A stretch of 63,906 nucleotides of DNA, counting the filler, from Stramenopiles sp. TOSAG23-2 (lineage: Eukaryota), in NCBI GenBank assembly GCA_900128395.1. It is 3 parts of 3 records of this genome, joined end to end, with 100 filler letters (N's around TTAATTAATTAA, not from the genome) between each part and the next. Parts side by side here need not be neighbours in the genome. Positions count along the whole stretch, not along the records: positions 1 to 22,535 come from LT649511.1; 2 more parts are not named here. The stretch is one strand, 5' to 3'. This document shows, piece after piece, positions 1-10,494 of the stretch. The notes beneath the pieces are model-generated. The model saw only the letters and a list, made by a program, of their open reading frames with translations. It was not told where the DNA came from and ran no database searches. The position numbers and the translations under genes were made by a program. Every line of letters begins with the position of its first letter. Positions within the stretch are counted from its first letter, which is position 1.

Positions 1-2
1 GT

Positions 3-3000
3 ACACACGATGCACCATCACCATTGAGTATTAAAGATGGTATGGATGATGATACGTTGGATGTTGTGAAAAAGCATGTGAAAAAAGATGTAAACATGTT
101 TAAACATGTGATGAATGAAAGGTACGGTGGGGTGCAAGCAGTATCTTCAATGAAAAAGCAATCAATAGGTTCTAAAGATGCTGAAAGAAAACGTATTACC
201 AACATGGTAAAAATACATCAAGCAAAAGAAGATGCAATGTTGAAATGGAACATGAAGCAATCCTTGATTCGTACAACGAATGATGTTTCTGCTAAATTAA
301 AAGCAGTACGTTTTGCAACTGCAGTGGTGGCCAAGTTAGATGCCAAGATATTGGCAGATCGTTTAGCAATGGAAGATTCATTGAGCAAAGCGAATGAAGT
401 TGGTATGCGCGATAATAATGAGGAAAGTAGTGATGTCGTTGTTGATGAATACAAACTTCAATCACGATTTGCAAAAATTGATTTGTTGAAATTGGAAAAA
501 GAGTTAAAAGTGAAAGAAGGTAAACGTAAGGAGTTGATGGGACTTTATATCGTGGCAGCCAAAAGGTTGTATGAATTGCGCAGGAATGTACCATCTTGGT
601 ATGTTTTAGTTAATGAAAAATTAAAGAGACCACATGGAATGGTATGGTTGCGAGATCATAAAGGTCCAATCATTACTGGGAAAAATATGATTGGTCATAT
701 TGGTACGGGTGGTACAGGTATGTCTTCCGGTATGTCGGGTATGTCGGGTATGACTGGTGTTGGTGGTGGATCTACTGGACCAACTGGTATGATTGGTGGT
801 GGAATTGCAATGACAGCATCAACAGGACCAACCGGGATGACGGCATCTACAGGTGCAACTGGTAGTTCAAATACGGGGGTAACAGGCGGTCGTTATGTTG
901 ATCCATACGATACCGATGAGGTGAATATCGGTGATGCACAGACTGGTGTAAGTGAAAATGGATATACTGATGTTGGTACTACTGGTGGTGCTACTGGCGT
1001 GATGGTTGATGGTGAAGATGGTACAGGTAGTAATACTGGTTCCAGTGGAAGTACAGGTGTAGTTGGAGGTACTGCTAGTACAACAGGTTCCAGTGGAAGT
1101 ACAGGTGCAACCGGCGGTTTAGCATCAACAGGTAGTGCAACTGGTCTTGGTGCTACTGCATCGACAGGTTCGTCATCCAGCAGTGGAAGTACTGGTGCAA
1201 CTGGTCTTGGTGCTACTGCATCAACCGGTATGGCATCATCAACGGGTCTTGGTGCTACTGCATCGACAGGTTCGTCATCCAGCAGTGGAAGTACTGGTGC
1301 AACTGGTCTTGGTGCTACTGCATCAACCGGTATGGCATCATCAACGGGTCTTGGTGCTACTGCATCGACAGGTTCGTCATCCAGCAGTGGAAGTACTGGT
1401 GCAACTGGCATTGGTGCAACTGCATCTACAGGACCAACAGGCATTGGTGCAACTGGTTTAATCACTGGTCTTGGTTCCAGTGGAAGTACAGGTGCAACTG
1501 GTCTTGCGCTGAAAAAAAGGTGGTTTAAGAAGAAGCGAAGAAGACGAAAGAAGTTGGTAGCCGGTGCAACGTTTGCTACGGGTAGTAGTACTGGAACTGC
1601 ATCGACGGGTACTACGGGTATTGCTGCTACGGCATCCACTGGTGCAACTAGTATGGCAGGCATTGGTGCAACTGCATTTAAAGGTGCAATAGCAACCAAG
1701 GTAAGCGGATCTACAAGTGCAAGTACTGGTGGCGCAACGTTTGGTACTGGAAGTACAGGTGCAAGTGGAAGTACTGGTGGCGCAACGTTTGGTACAGGAA
1801 GTACAGGTGCAAGTGGATCTACAGGTGCAAGTGGTATTAAAGGTGCAAGATCCACAGGTGCAAGCGGATCCACAGGTGCAAGTGGTATTAGCGGTGCAAG
1901 TGGTATTAGCGGTGCAAGTGGCGCAGAGCAATTAGCAATGAAAGCTATTGCATCCATTCCTGGTGCTTCGAGTAGTACGGGAAGTGCAAAAGTATTAAGT
2001 TTAATACTTCGCAAGATTGGCGGTAGTACCGAAACTGGTGCAGGTTCACCAATGGCGGCTCTTGTGAATGATATTAGTGCAACTGGTGCAAGTGGTTCTA
2101 CAGGTGCAAGTGGTTCTACAGGTGCTAGTGGATCTACAGGTGCAACAGGAAGTAGTTCAACTGGTAGTAGCCAAACTGGAAGTACAGGAAGTAGCACAGG
2201 TGCTACTGGCGGAAGTACAGGTACTACTGAACAACGTATTGCAAAGAAAGCGAAGGCGGATCTAATTGCGAAGGAGGAAGCAATCGGATCGGAAATGCAG
2301 AAGTTGGCGGTGTTGAGGGAAAAGGCAAAGGAGGAGGATACGCCGGAGTTGGAGGCTGCAGTAAGGCAGCAACAGACAAAGGTTAAGAACGACGAAGCAG
2401 CAATGCAACTAGATATCCAAAAAGTTGCAAAGGTACGTAAGCTTGCAGAGGAGCAAGGTGTATCGGAAGCTGAGTTTTTAGCTGCAACTTCGGGAACAGG
2501 TGCATCTGGCGCAACTGGAGGAAAAACTGGCGCGACTGGAGGAAAGACAGGCGCGACTGGAATTGGTTCTTTGGCGACGGCATCAACTGGATCAACTGGA
2601 TCAACTGGGCCATCTGCAACTGCATCGACAGGTCCATCTGCAACTGCATCAACTGGGCCAGCAGCAATAGCAAAAGAATTGGCTGAGGAGAAGAAGCTTC
2701 TATTAGCTGATAAATCGTTTGCTGGTCTTGGTAATTTAATACCAAAAGACACGTTGGCCGCGCCAACCAGTACAGGTGGTACTGGAAGTACTGGAAGTAC
2801 TGGAAGTGCGTCTGGTGCAAAAGCAGCGGTGGATAATATAGCAACGGCTATGTTGCACAAATTAGAAGCTTTGAAAGCTTCCGAAGGGGCAAAGGAAACC
2901 GCAAAGGCGAAAAAAGAAGTTGCTGCGGAAAAAGCGATGGCGGAGAAGGAAAAAGATCTTGCTCGTAAGGACGAGGAGAAGGCGGAGGAAGCTAGGGAGT

Positions 3001-5444
3001 TAGCTGAGCAATCTCCAACGAAGGAGAACGAGGAAGCAGCGGATAAAGCGGAGCAGAAAGCTTTGGAGGTGGAAGATAAAGCCACCTCCCTGAAAGCAAA
3101 AGCTGATGCGGCAAAAAAGAAGGAACTTGCCGTGGAAAAAGCAATGGCTACAGGAAGTAGTACAGGTGGGGCAAGTCCACTTAAAAAATTGCTGAGCTTG
3201 TTAAGTGCCTCCGCGACAGGGCCAAGTGCAGGTATGGCTACGAAATTCCTGAAGGAGGAAGAGAAAGCGACTGGCATTAGCGGTATTACCGGTATTAGTG
3301 GGGCGTCTGGTATTAGTGGGGCTTCTGGATTAAGTGGTGCATCTGGTATGTCAGGCATGACAGGTTCAGCGGAAACCGGTTTGGAGATGGATCCAAAGGT
3401 AATGGAAGCGAAAGCTAAAGTTACCAATGGAAAGAAAAAGTTGGAGGAACTTGAAAAGGTCTTGGATAAAGATCTACCATCTGAAGCTCGGGAGAAGTTG
3501 GAGCAGGAGAAGGAAGCTCTGAACCGGACAGTTGCAGAGGAGGAAGCTGAAGTCAACGTGACCAAAGCGAAGAGGAAGGCGGCAAAGGACGAAGATAAAC
3601 TTCGTCTTTTGAAGGATGCGGCTCGGAACGAGAGCAATCCTATTAAGAAAAAGCTGTTGCAGAAGATTGCTGCGCAACAGCAAAACTTAACCGACATTGC
3701 GGAAGCTGAAACCAAGAAGGTGGAAGCAGAAGACGCATTACGTAAACTAATGGCTGCGACGGGCGGTATTAGTAAGAAGTTGTTGATGGAACAACAATTG
3801 GCGGTAGTAAATGCAACGCAAGCATTGAATAAGACCGTCAAGGAGGAAAAACCAAAGGTGTTGGACTTGGATGGTAGGTCGGAAGTGGCAGTACTTCATC
3901 CAGATGAAGGCGGCCCAAAGTCTGGTGTTGAAGTGGTAAAACACTTCAAAAAAAGGGACATGGGGGAAATGGTGAATGTTTCGGTTGCAAAGGTAGATAC
4001 ATCGTTGCCTGCAAAACCACCGGTAAAGAAAGTGGTAGCACCGAAAAAAGCACCGTGCGTGGGGTGTAAAGTGGTGAACAAGACAACTCTTGCAGCGAAG
4101 TTGGCATTGACAAAGACCACCAATATGGCGGTCAAGCAAATGCAAGCGGTAACCAACCATGCGTTGGAAGCCGTTGGGCATATGTTTGACAATGCTGAAA
4201 CCGGTTTGGATTCCCGATGGGATGAAACTGGTATGGCGGAGACTGGTGCTTCGGAAACTGGTACGATTGGTGGTGTGATTGCGCTTGGCTCGGATGAAAC
4301 GGGTGCAAGCGAAGCTACAAGATCAACCGCATCGACAGCTTCAACTGGTGCAAGTGGATCGACGGGAAGTGGAACTGGATTGACTGGTGCTAGTGGATCG
4401 ACGGGAAGTGGTACTGGAATGACTGGTGCCAGTGGATCTACGTCTACGGGAAGCGCTACTGGTCCAAGTAAATTGGATGTGGCTTTAGAAAAAGCAACCA
4501 AAACATCGCGTGGTTCGGTACGTCGTGCTGCCGGCATGGATATATTAAAAAACATTCATACCGCAGCAGAAGCTGAAGCAACGAGTGCTGAAGATGAATT
4601 AAATGCTGTTCTTCTGAAGGAGAAGAAAGCACGGGATACGAAAGCAGCGGCAGCGCAAGGAAGGATAATTAAGAACTTGCTTGCATTGAAGAAGGTGCAA
4701 ATGGCGCAAGCGGCCTTGGAGAAGGCAAAGTTGGCGAATGCAACAACGGTTGCAAAACGCATTGTTGAGTTGGACAACAGTCTGAAACAACAAGTCTCTG
4801 ACGGGGAGAAGTCGTTGGCCTTTGCCAAAGAGAAGGGGCAAAAGGTAGGCACGGAAGATGAGAGGATAGTTGCCTCGTTGAAGCTACGTGAAACTAACGC
4901 CTCGCGTGTTTTAGTAGCTGCGGAAACGGCGGTAAATAAAAGCGCAACAAGTTACCTTGTGATGAAAAACGCGGTAAATGCAACGGAGAAAGAATTGGAA
5001 GCACTTTTAGGTGTTGACGGTACAGGTGGTACTGGTTTTAGCGGGTCAACAGGTATTTCAGGTGCAACTGGAACAGATGAAGTACGTGGACCAACTGGTG
5101 TACAGGAAAGTGGAGCAACATCTGCAACTGGTCCGAAACGTGATGCTGTTAGACGTGATGCTGTTAAACATGATGCTGTTAGCAGCGCAACAAGTGAACA
5201 AGATGCTGCAACTGGTAGTATTAGTGGTGCAAGTGGCGGAACGAGTGGAACTGGTGGAACTGGCGGAACAGGCGCAACTGGTAACGATATACCAGACAAT
5301 ATTGCACCAACCGGTGCTATTGAAGCAACAGCCGGTGCGCATTCAGCTACGGGCTTTTCAAAAGAGCATAGCCCATTATCGTTAACGGAACAACACCAAC
5401 GTATGGTGCTGATGGGAGGAGAAGGTGGTGGAAAAAAAAAATAA
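3..5444 (+). CDS. Large low-complexity protein with interrupted Gly-X-Y (GAT/GST/GAS/GIS) repeats alternating with Lys/Glu/Ala coiled-coil segments; 5'-partial
   Basis: The frame is open from base 3 (the track's start at 24 is a TTG) to TAA at 5442-5444, followed by a sharp switch to AT-rich non-coding DNA. It contains runs such as GASGSTGASGISGASGISGASG and charged helical blocks such as AEKEKDLARKDEEKAEEARELAE. Confidence 0.8.
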   Translation, partial: THDAPSPLSIKDGMDDDTLDVVKKHVKKDVNMFKHVMNERYGGVQAVSSMKKQSIGSKDAERKRITNMVKIHQAKEDAMLKWNMKQSLIRTTNDVSAKLKAVRFATAVVAKLDAKILADRLAMEDSLSKANEVGMRDNNEESSDVVVDEYKLQSRFAKIDLLKLEKELKVKEGKRKELMGLYIVAAKRLYELRRNVPSWYVLVNEKLKRPHGMVWLRDHKGPIITGKNMIGHIGTGGTGMSSGMSGMSGMTGVGGGSTGPTGMIGGGIAMTASTGPTGMTASTGATGSSNTGVTGGRYVDPYDTDEVNIGDAQTGVSENGYTDVGTTGGATGVMVDGEDGTGSNTGSSGSTGVVGGTASTTGSSGSTGATGGLASTGSATGLGATASTGSSSSSGSTGATGLGATASTGMASSTGLGATASTGSSSSSGSTGATGLGATASTGMASSTGLGATASTGSSSSSGSTGATGIGATASTGPTGIGATGLITGLGSSGSTGATGLALKKRWFKKKRRRRKKLVAGATFATGSSTGTASTGTTGIAATASTGATSMAGIGATAFKGAIATKVSGSTSASTGGATFGTGSTGASGSTGGATFGTGSTGASGSTGASGIKGARSTGASGSTGASGISGASGISGASGAEQLAMKAIASIPGASSSTGSAKVLSLILRKIGGSTETGAGSPMAALVNDISATGASGSTGASGSTGASGSTGATGSSSTGSSQTGSTGSSTGATGGSTGTTEQRIAKKAKADLIAKEEAIGSEMQKLAVLREKAKEEDTPELEAAVRQQQTKVKNDEAAMQLDIQKVAKVRKLAEEQGVSEAEFLAATSGTGASGATGGKTGATGGKTGATGIGSLATASTGSTGSTGPSATASTGPSATASTGPAAIAKELAEEKKLLLADKSFAGLGNLIPKDTLAAPTSTGGTGSTGSTGSASGAKAAVDNIATAMLHKLEALKASEGAKETAKAKKEVAAEKAMAEKEKDLARKDEEKAEEARELAEQSPTKENEEAADKAEQKALEVEDKATSLKAKADAAKKKELAVEKAMATGSSTGGASPLKKLLSLLSASATGPSAGMATKFLKEEEKATGISGITGISGASGISGASGLSGASGMSGMTGSAETGLEMDPKVMEAKAKVTNGKKKLEELEKVLDKDLPSEAREKLEQEKEALNRTVAEEEAEVNVTKAKRKAAKDEDKLRLLKDAARNESNPIKKKLLQKIAAQQQNLTDIAEAETKKVEAEDALRKLMAATGGISKKLLMEQQLAVVNATQALNKTVKEEKPKVLDLDGRSEVAVLHPDEGGPKSGVEVVKHFKKRDMGEMVNVSVAKVDTSLPAKPPVKKVVAPKKAPCVGCKVVNKTTLAAKLALTKTTNMAVKQMQAVTNHALEAVGHMFDNAETGLDSRWDETGMAETGASETGTIGGVIALGSDETGASEATRSTASTASTGASGSTGSGTGLTGASGSTGSGTGMTGASGSTSTGSATGPSKLDVALEKATKTSRGSVRRAAGMDILKNIHTAAEAEATSAEDELNAVLLKEKKARDTKAAAAQGRIIKNLLALKKVQMAQAALEKAKLANATTVAKRIVELDNSLKQQVSDGEKSLAFAKEKGQKVGTEDERIVASLKLRETNASRVLVAAETAVNKSATSYLVMKNAVNATEKELEALLGVDGTGGTGFSGSTGISGATGTDEVRGPTGVQESGATSATGPKRDAVRRDAVKHDAVSSATSEQDAATGSISGASGGTSGTGGTGGTGATGNDIPDNIAPTGAIEATAGAHSATGFSKEHSPLSLTEQHQRMVLMGGEGGGKKK
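1143..1408 (+). repeat. Coding tandem repeat, 102-bp unit (34 aa, GLGATASTGSSSSSGSTGATGLGATASTGMASST), about 2.6 copies
   Basis: Identical units begin at 1143, 1245 and 1347. Confidence 0.9.
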
Positions 5445-5804
5445 AAGAGCGTAAATTGAAATTTAAAATTTATTATAAAAAAATATATCAAGATATAAAT
5501 TTATTTAAAAATAATGATATATCATATCATATATGTGTATTATTTTAGAGGATATGATATTGTATTATATATATTGATATGGATACATATCATATATGTA
5601 CATCATACAAGTAAAATTATATCGATATATATATACTTTATACACACGAATTTATCGCACATATGTCATATATTAATATTCAAAATATTTTTACTTTTTA
5701 TTTATTAACCTACTACTCTGCTCTTCCCACTCTTTTTTTAATCTTCTTCTTTCTTTTGCATGTTTTTTTTTAGGGTTTTTGTTTGTAATGCTGTGTCCTT
5801 TACC

Positions 5805-6320
5805 AAAGTTATAATAGTTTTACTTCCTCTCTTCCTCATGTGGTAAATAATAATGTTCAAGATACTCAATCTCGAGAATAAATATTCTATCCTATACTAT
5901 AGTGAAGCTAATGCATGTCAGCAAACTATCATAATATGATGACATACTCCAAAATTAAAATAAAAACAATATATATCTATCATAGAGAATATATTTAATA
6001 TAATATATAATACTCGTGTATATATATAATATATAGAGAGAGTGGGATAATGTATCATAAATTATGTGTGTTCAAAGTTATAATAGTTTTACTTCCTCTC
6101 TTCCTCATGTGGTAAATAATAATGTTCAATACTCAATCTCGAGAATAAATATTCTATCCTATTATAGTGAAGCTAATGCATGTCAGCAAACTAATACTCC
6201 AAAATTAAAATAAAAACAATATATCTAGAGAATATATTTAATACGATAATATATAATACTCGTGTATATATATATAATATATAGAGAGAGTGGGATAATG
6301 TATCATAAATTATGTGTGTT
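5805..6320. repeat. Imperfect two-copy tandem duplication (~270 bp) differing by small indels
   Basis: The block aaagttataatagttttacttcctctc...aattatgtgtgttca starts at 5805 and again at 6074; the second copy lacks several short segments. Confidence 0.85.
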
Positions 6321-6861
6321 CATTTTTCTTTTTTATATAAATTAATTGACTCATCTTGCCTCACTCTCTCTTTTTCTTCTTCTTCTTTCTCATTTCAAGT
6401 CCATGTTGCGTTGTTGGTAATATAAAAAATTTAACTTTTTTAACTTGGTGAAATTTTTTTGTTTTTTTTTATTATAAAATAGCATATAAATAGCATTAAT
6501 AAATATTGTCGGAAAAAATAAAATAATGGAAAACAATATCATAACAAGTAATACCAGAATAACCATATGCGCATATCTAGCCTCAACAAAATCTATATCA
6601 TAATACACTCCACATCCACACAAACAAACAACGAGGATGTTACAAAAAATCGGATATTCTTAGTTTATTCATCAAAATAACTATTGGCTGTTTTTGGATT
6701 TTTTGTAATATCCAATACCTCTCTATCAAATATACATAAATTAGTATACTAAATTAGTACTTAAATTAAGTGCCATTTTGAAATCCTTCTCATTTACAAG
6801 GCATACGATACGCTTCACATTTCATCACACAAAAAGTTCTTTTTGCTACACACGCCTCCCT

Positions 6862-7125
6862 CAGCCTCAACAAAATCTATATCATAATACACTCCACATC
6901 CACACAAACAAACAACGGTGTAGAAAATCACACACACATACATCCACACACAAAACACCGGTCTATATATATATATATATATATACAAAATTACAGCCTC
7001 AACAAAATCTATATCATAATACACTCCACATCCACACAAACAAACAACGGTGTAGAAAATCACACACACATACATCCACACACAAAACACCGGTCTATAT
7101 ATATATATATATATATACAAAATTA
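6862..7125. repeat. Exact 132-bp tandem duplication upstream of TRM7
   Basis: 6862-6993 equals 6994-7125; a partial third copy lies near 6580-6632. Confidence 0.9.
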
Positions 7126-7131
7126 CACAAC

Positions 7132-7818
7132 ATGGGCCGCTTCTCCAAAGATAAACGTGATATATATTATAGAAAAGCAAAAGAAGTTGGTTTTCGTGCA
7201 CGTAGTGCATTTAAATTATTACAATTAAACGAACAATTCTCACTCTTTAACAACGTCATACGAGCTGTAGATTTATGTGCTGCACCTGGTTCATGGTCAC
7301 AAGTATTGAGTCGAGAATTAAAAAAGAATTGTGCATTATTGAATAATAATACCAATAATAATAATAATGTACAATTAATAGCAGTAGATCTGCAAGAAAT
7401 GGCACCTATATCTGGTGTACATTGTATCCAAGGTGATATAACATCATCCAAAACTGCGACGGAAATTGTATCGTATTTTAAAGGTGAACTAGCTGATTTA
7501 GTTGTATGCGATGGTGCGCCAGATGTTACTGGGTTGCATGATATAGATGAATATGTACAAGCGCAATTATTATTAGCTGCATTAAATATAACAACACACG
7601 TATTACGTCCAGGTGGTAATTTTGTCGCTAAAATTTTTCGTGGAAAAGATGTGACATTATTATTTTCACAATTAAAAGTATTTTTTAAACGTGTTTCTTG
7701 TTGTAAACCAAAAAGTAGTCGTAATTCAAGTTTAGAAGCATTTGTTGTATGTGAAGATTTTTCTCCACCAAATAATTTCAAACCATTAACGTTAACAAAT
7801 CCATTATTGGATTATCAT

Positions 7819-7853
<35 letters not shown>

Positions 7854-8226
7854 AAAGAAGAGAAAAAAAGACCATAAGACTAGAATGACAAAAAATAATG
7901 ATGATGATAATAATAATAACACAATACATGATGATGATGACGACGAATTAGTTGGTATAAATCGAATGATTGTTCCATTTATAGCATGTGGTGATTTAAA
8001 TGGTTTTGATTCAGATCAATCGTATCCATTAAACATTACAAATGATAATGATGGAAAACAAAAAGTATCATATCATGAAGCTGTACAACAACCAATTAAT
8101 CCACCATATCAAGAATATTTGAATTTAAAAGCAGGTAAAGCATCATTAGAAGTTACGTTACGTAGTAGTGTTGTTGATGATGATTGTAATACAGTTAGTA
8201 TTAAGAAGAAGAAAAGAAAAAAATGA
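7132..8226 (+). CDS. TRM7: tRNA (cytidine32/guanosine34-2'-O)-methyltransferase, FtsJ/RrmJ family
   Basis: N-terminus [34 protein letters not shown] motif [12 protein letters not shown], and the K-D-K-E tetrad in RSAFKL, CDGAPD, VAKIFRG and SLEAFVV. True start is the ATG at 7132. Confidence 0.96.
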
Positions 8227-8610
8227 AAATATATGGTGTACACAGGGGAAAGATTTTGTACTATGTGTGTAACATTGGTATTACATATATAATTAAATAT
8301 ATCAATATATGCATACACATCATACTTCTTGTACATTTAGTACTTAAAAAAAATAATTACGACGTAGTTTATATCATTGGAGAGAGAATAATTAAATGCA
8401 TCTGTTATATATGTATTAACTTTAAAATATGCATATCATACGTATTTTTTAATTTTTACTATTACCGTATATTTATGCATATATTTATCATTTATACATT
8501 AAATATATTAATATATATATATATATATATACGTATATTTTTATTTTTTATAATAATTTTACTCGTACGTACATTTGATATAAAAATTAATTTACTCACA
8601 AAAAGTGAAA

Positions 8611-9250
8611 ACCGAATTCCGATACCCCTGACCCTAACTAACTAATCGTTTAAAACAAACTTGATGCACGCTTTTCAAATGAAACCTAAAAGGCATTAAC
8701 CGATTGGCTCCATTATATTTGTTGCAGAGATATCATGTTACGTTTTCTTTATTAATTAATTAAAAACCGAATTCCGATACCCCTAACCCTAACTAACTAT
8801 CGTTTAAAACAAACACGAGGCAGGCTTTTTTTTTTTTAGTGAAACCTAAAGGCATGACCGATTGGCTCCCATGAAATTGTTGCCAGAGATATCATGATAC
8901 GTTTTCTTTTTTAATTAATTAAAAACCGAATTCCGCTACCCCTAACCCTAACTAACTATCGTTTAAAACAAACATGGTGCAGGATTTTACCGAATTACGC
9001 TACCCATGTGACCCTAATTAACTTTCATTTAAACAAACATGGTGCAGGATTTTACTCCACAAACAATTAAAAACCGAATTACGCTACCCCTGACCCTAAC
9101 TAACTTTCGTTTAAACAAACACGGTGCAGGATATTACTCCACAAACACGGTGCAGGATTTTTAACCGAATTCCGCTACCCCTAACCCTAACTAACTATCG
9201 TTTAAAACAAACATGAGGCAGGCTTTTTTTCAATGAAACCTAAAGGCAAG
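8611..9250. repeat. Diverged satellite-like array with CCCTAA (TTAGGG-type) hexamers in each unit
   Basis: Six copies of a core resembling accgaatt(c/a)cg(a/c)tacccct(a/g)accctaactaac...gtttaaa(a)caaac at about 8611, 8766, 8925, 8989, 9073 and 9165, with variable spacers. Confidence 0.85.
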
Positions 9251-9344
9251 CTTTTCATATTACACGAACGTACTTCGTATATTATTTTATATCATTTAAT
9301 ATAAAATCATGCTAACAATTTGCTATTTTCATACGCTGCGCTCC

Positions 9345-9770
9345 GATGTAACTTGAACACAGACATTGCCATACACTTCGTTCATAATTGAAATTTCGCA
9401 CTTTTTTTTTAAATTTCGTACAAGGTTTCATAACCCTATCATACCAATACCACACAAAGTATGACAAACATGGTGATCGATCTACAAGCTCCACAAATAT
9501 GGTGATCTATACATCATACGCGATGTAACTTGAACACAGACATTGCCATATATACACTTCGTTCCTAATTTACACATCATATACGCTTCGCTCGACAAAC
9601 ACGGTGTGATTTAAACTAATGGTGATCTAACTAATAGTTACATCTGAACACAGACATTGCCATATATACACTTCGTTCCTAATTGTGGTGATCTATACAA
9701 GCTCCACAAACATGGTGATTTACACATCATACGCTTCGCTCGACAAACACGGTGTGATTTAAACTAATGG
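9345..9770. repeat. Mosaic of short shuffled repeats immediately 3' of the myotubularin stop
   Basis: tgaacacagacattgccata occurs 3 times, tacgcttcgctcgacaaacacggtgtgatttaaactaatgg twice and tacaagctccacaaa twice. Confidence 0.8.
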
Positions 9771-10462
9771 TTACATCTGATAATGCTCAAATCTCCTGCA
9801 ATAAAACTCTTCCCATAACTTAATATTTCTACTATTGATACGAGGGATCAAACAGCTTGAATCTGCTGCATAATTTTTATTAGTAAATAAACCGAGCTTT
9901 CGTTTTATATCAGTCCATACGCTAACGGTTTCTTCAAAAACATTATATGCCAAACGATCCATTTCCGTATTAAATAAAAATGTACCATACAAGCATGACA
10001 TATGTACATCTGCTAATAATAAAAGAAATGCCGCATTAAATTCAAATGCATTTGGATATTGCTGCAATAATTGCCATACACAATCTAAAAATTGTAAAAA
10101 TATTGGACTTCGCTCCACTGATTTTGAATTTCCATCACCATGTCCACATCGATCATGGAATTTATAACCAAAACTACACCAATGTTTTTCTACTAAAATA
10201 GCAAATCCATCTACCGTTCGATAATATGGATCTAATAACAATTCCGTTAACGCACTTAATTGTGCCGTACGATCCCATCCATCGCTACAATGTATAACAA
10301 CGGACATGCCTTGTTCTACAATATATGCTGCATCTTTAGCACCTATCAAAACTAATGCTACGTGTCGTAACCATCCAGTCTGTTCAATTTGCGTGTACCA
10401 ATTTTCACATCCTGATGCAATTGATGTTGGTTCGCATAAATCTAAAATAAACAAATTTATAT

Positions 10463-10494
<32 letters not shown>

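Noticed and set aside
893-3841. 982-aa minus-strand ORF and other antisense ORFs over the first gene
   Set aside because: Shadow frames caused by the repetitive codon usage of the Gly/Ala/Thr-rich plus-strand gene.
6778-7131. Duplicated N-terminal extension of TRM7 in the ORF track
   Set aside because: It starts at a TTG and translates the 132-bp duplication and a (TA)n tract; the conserved start is at 7132.
8611-9250. Possible CRISPR array
   Set aside because: The intervening sequences are themselves repeated and irregular in length, there are no cas genes, and the context is eukaryotic.
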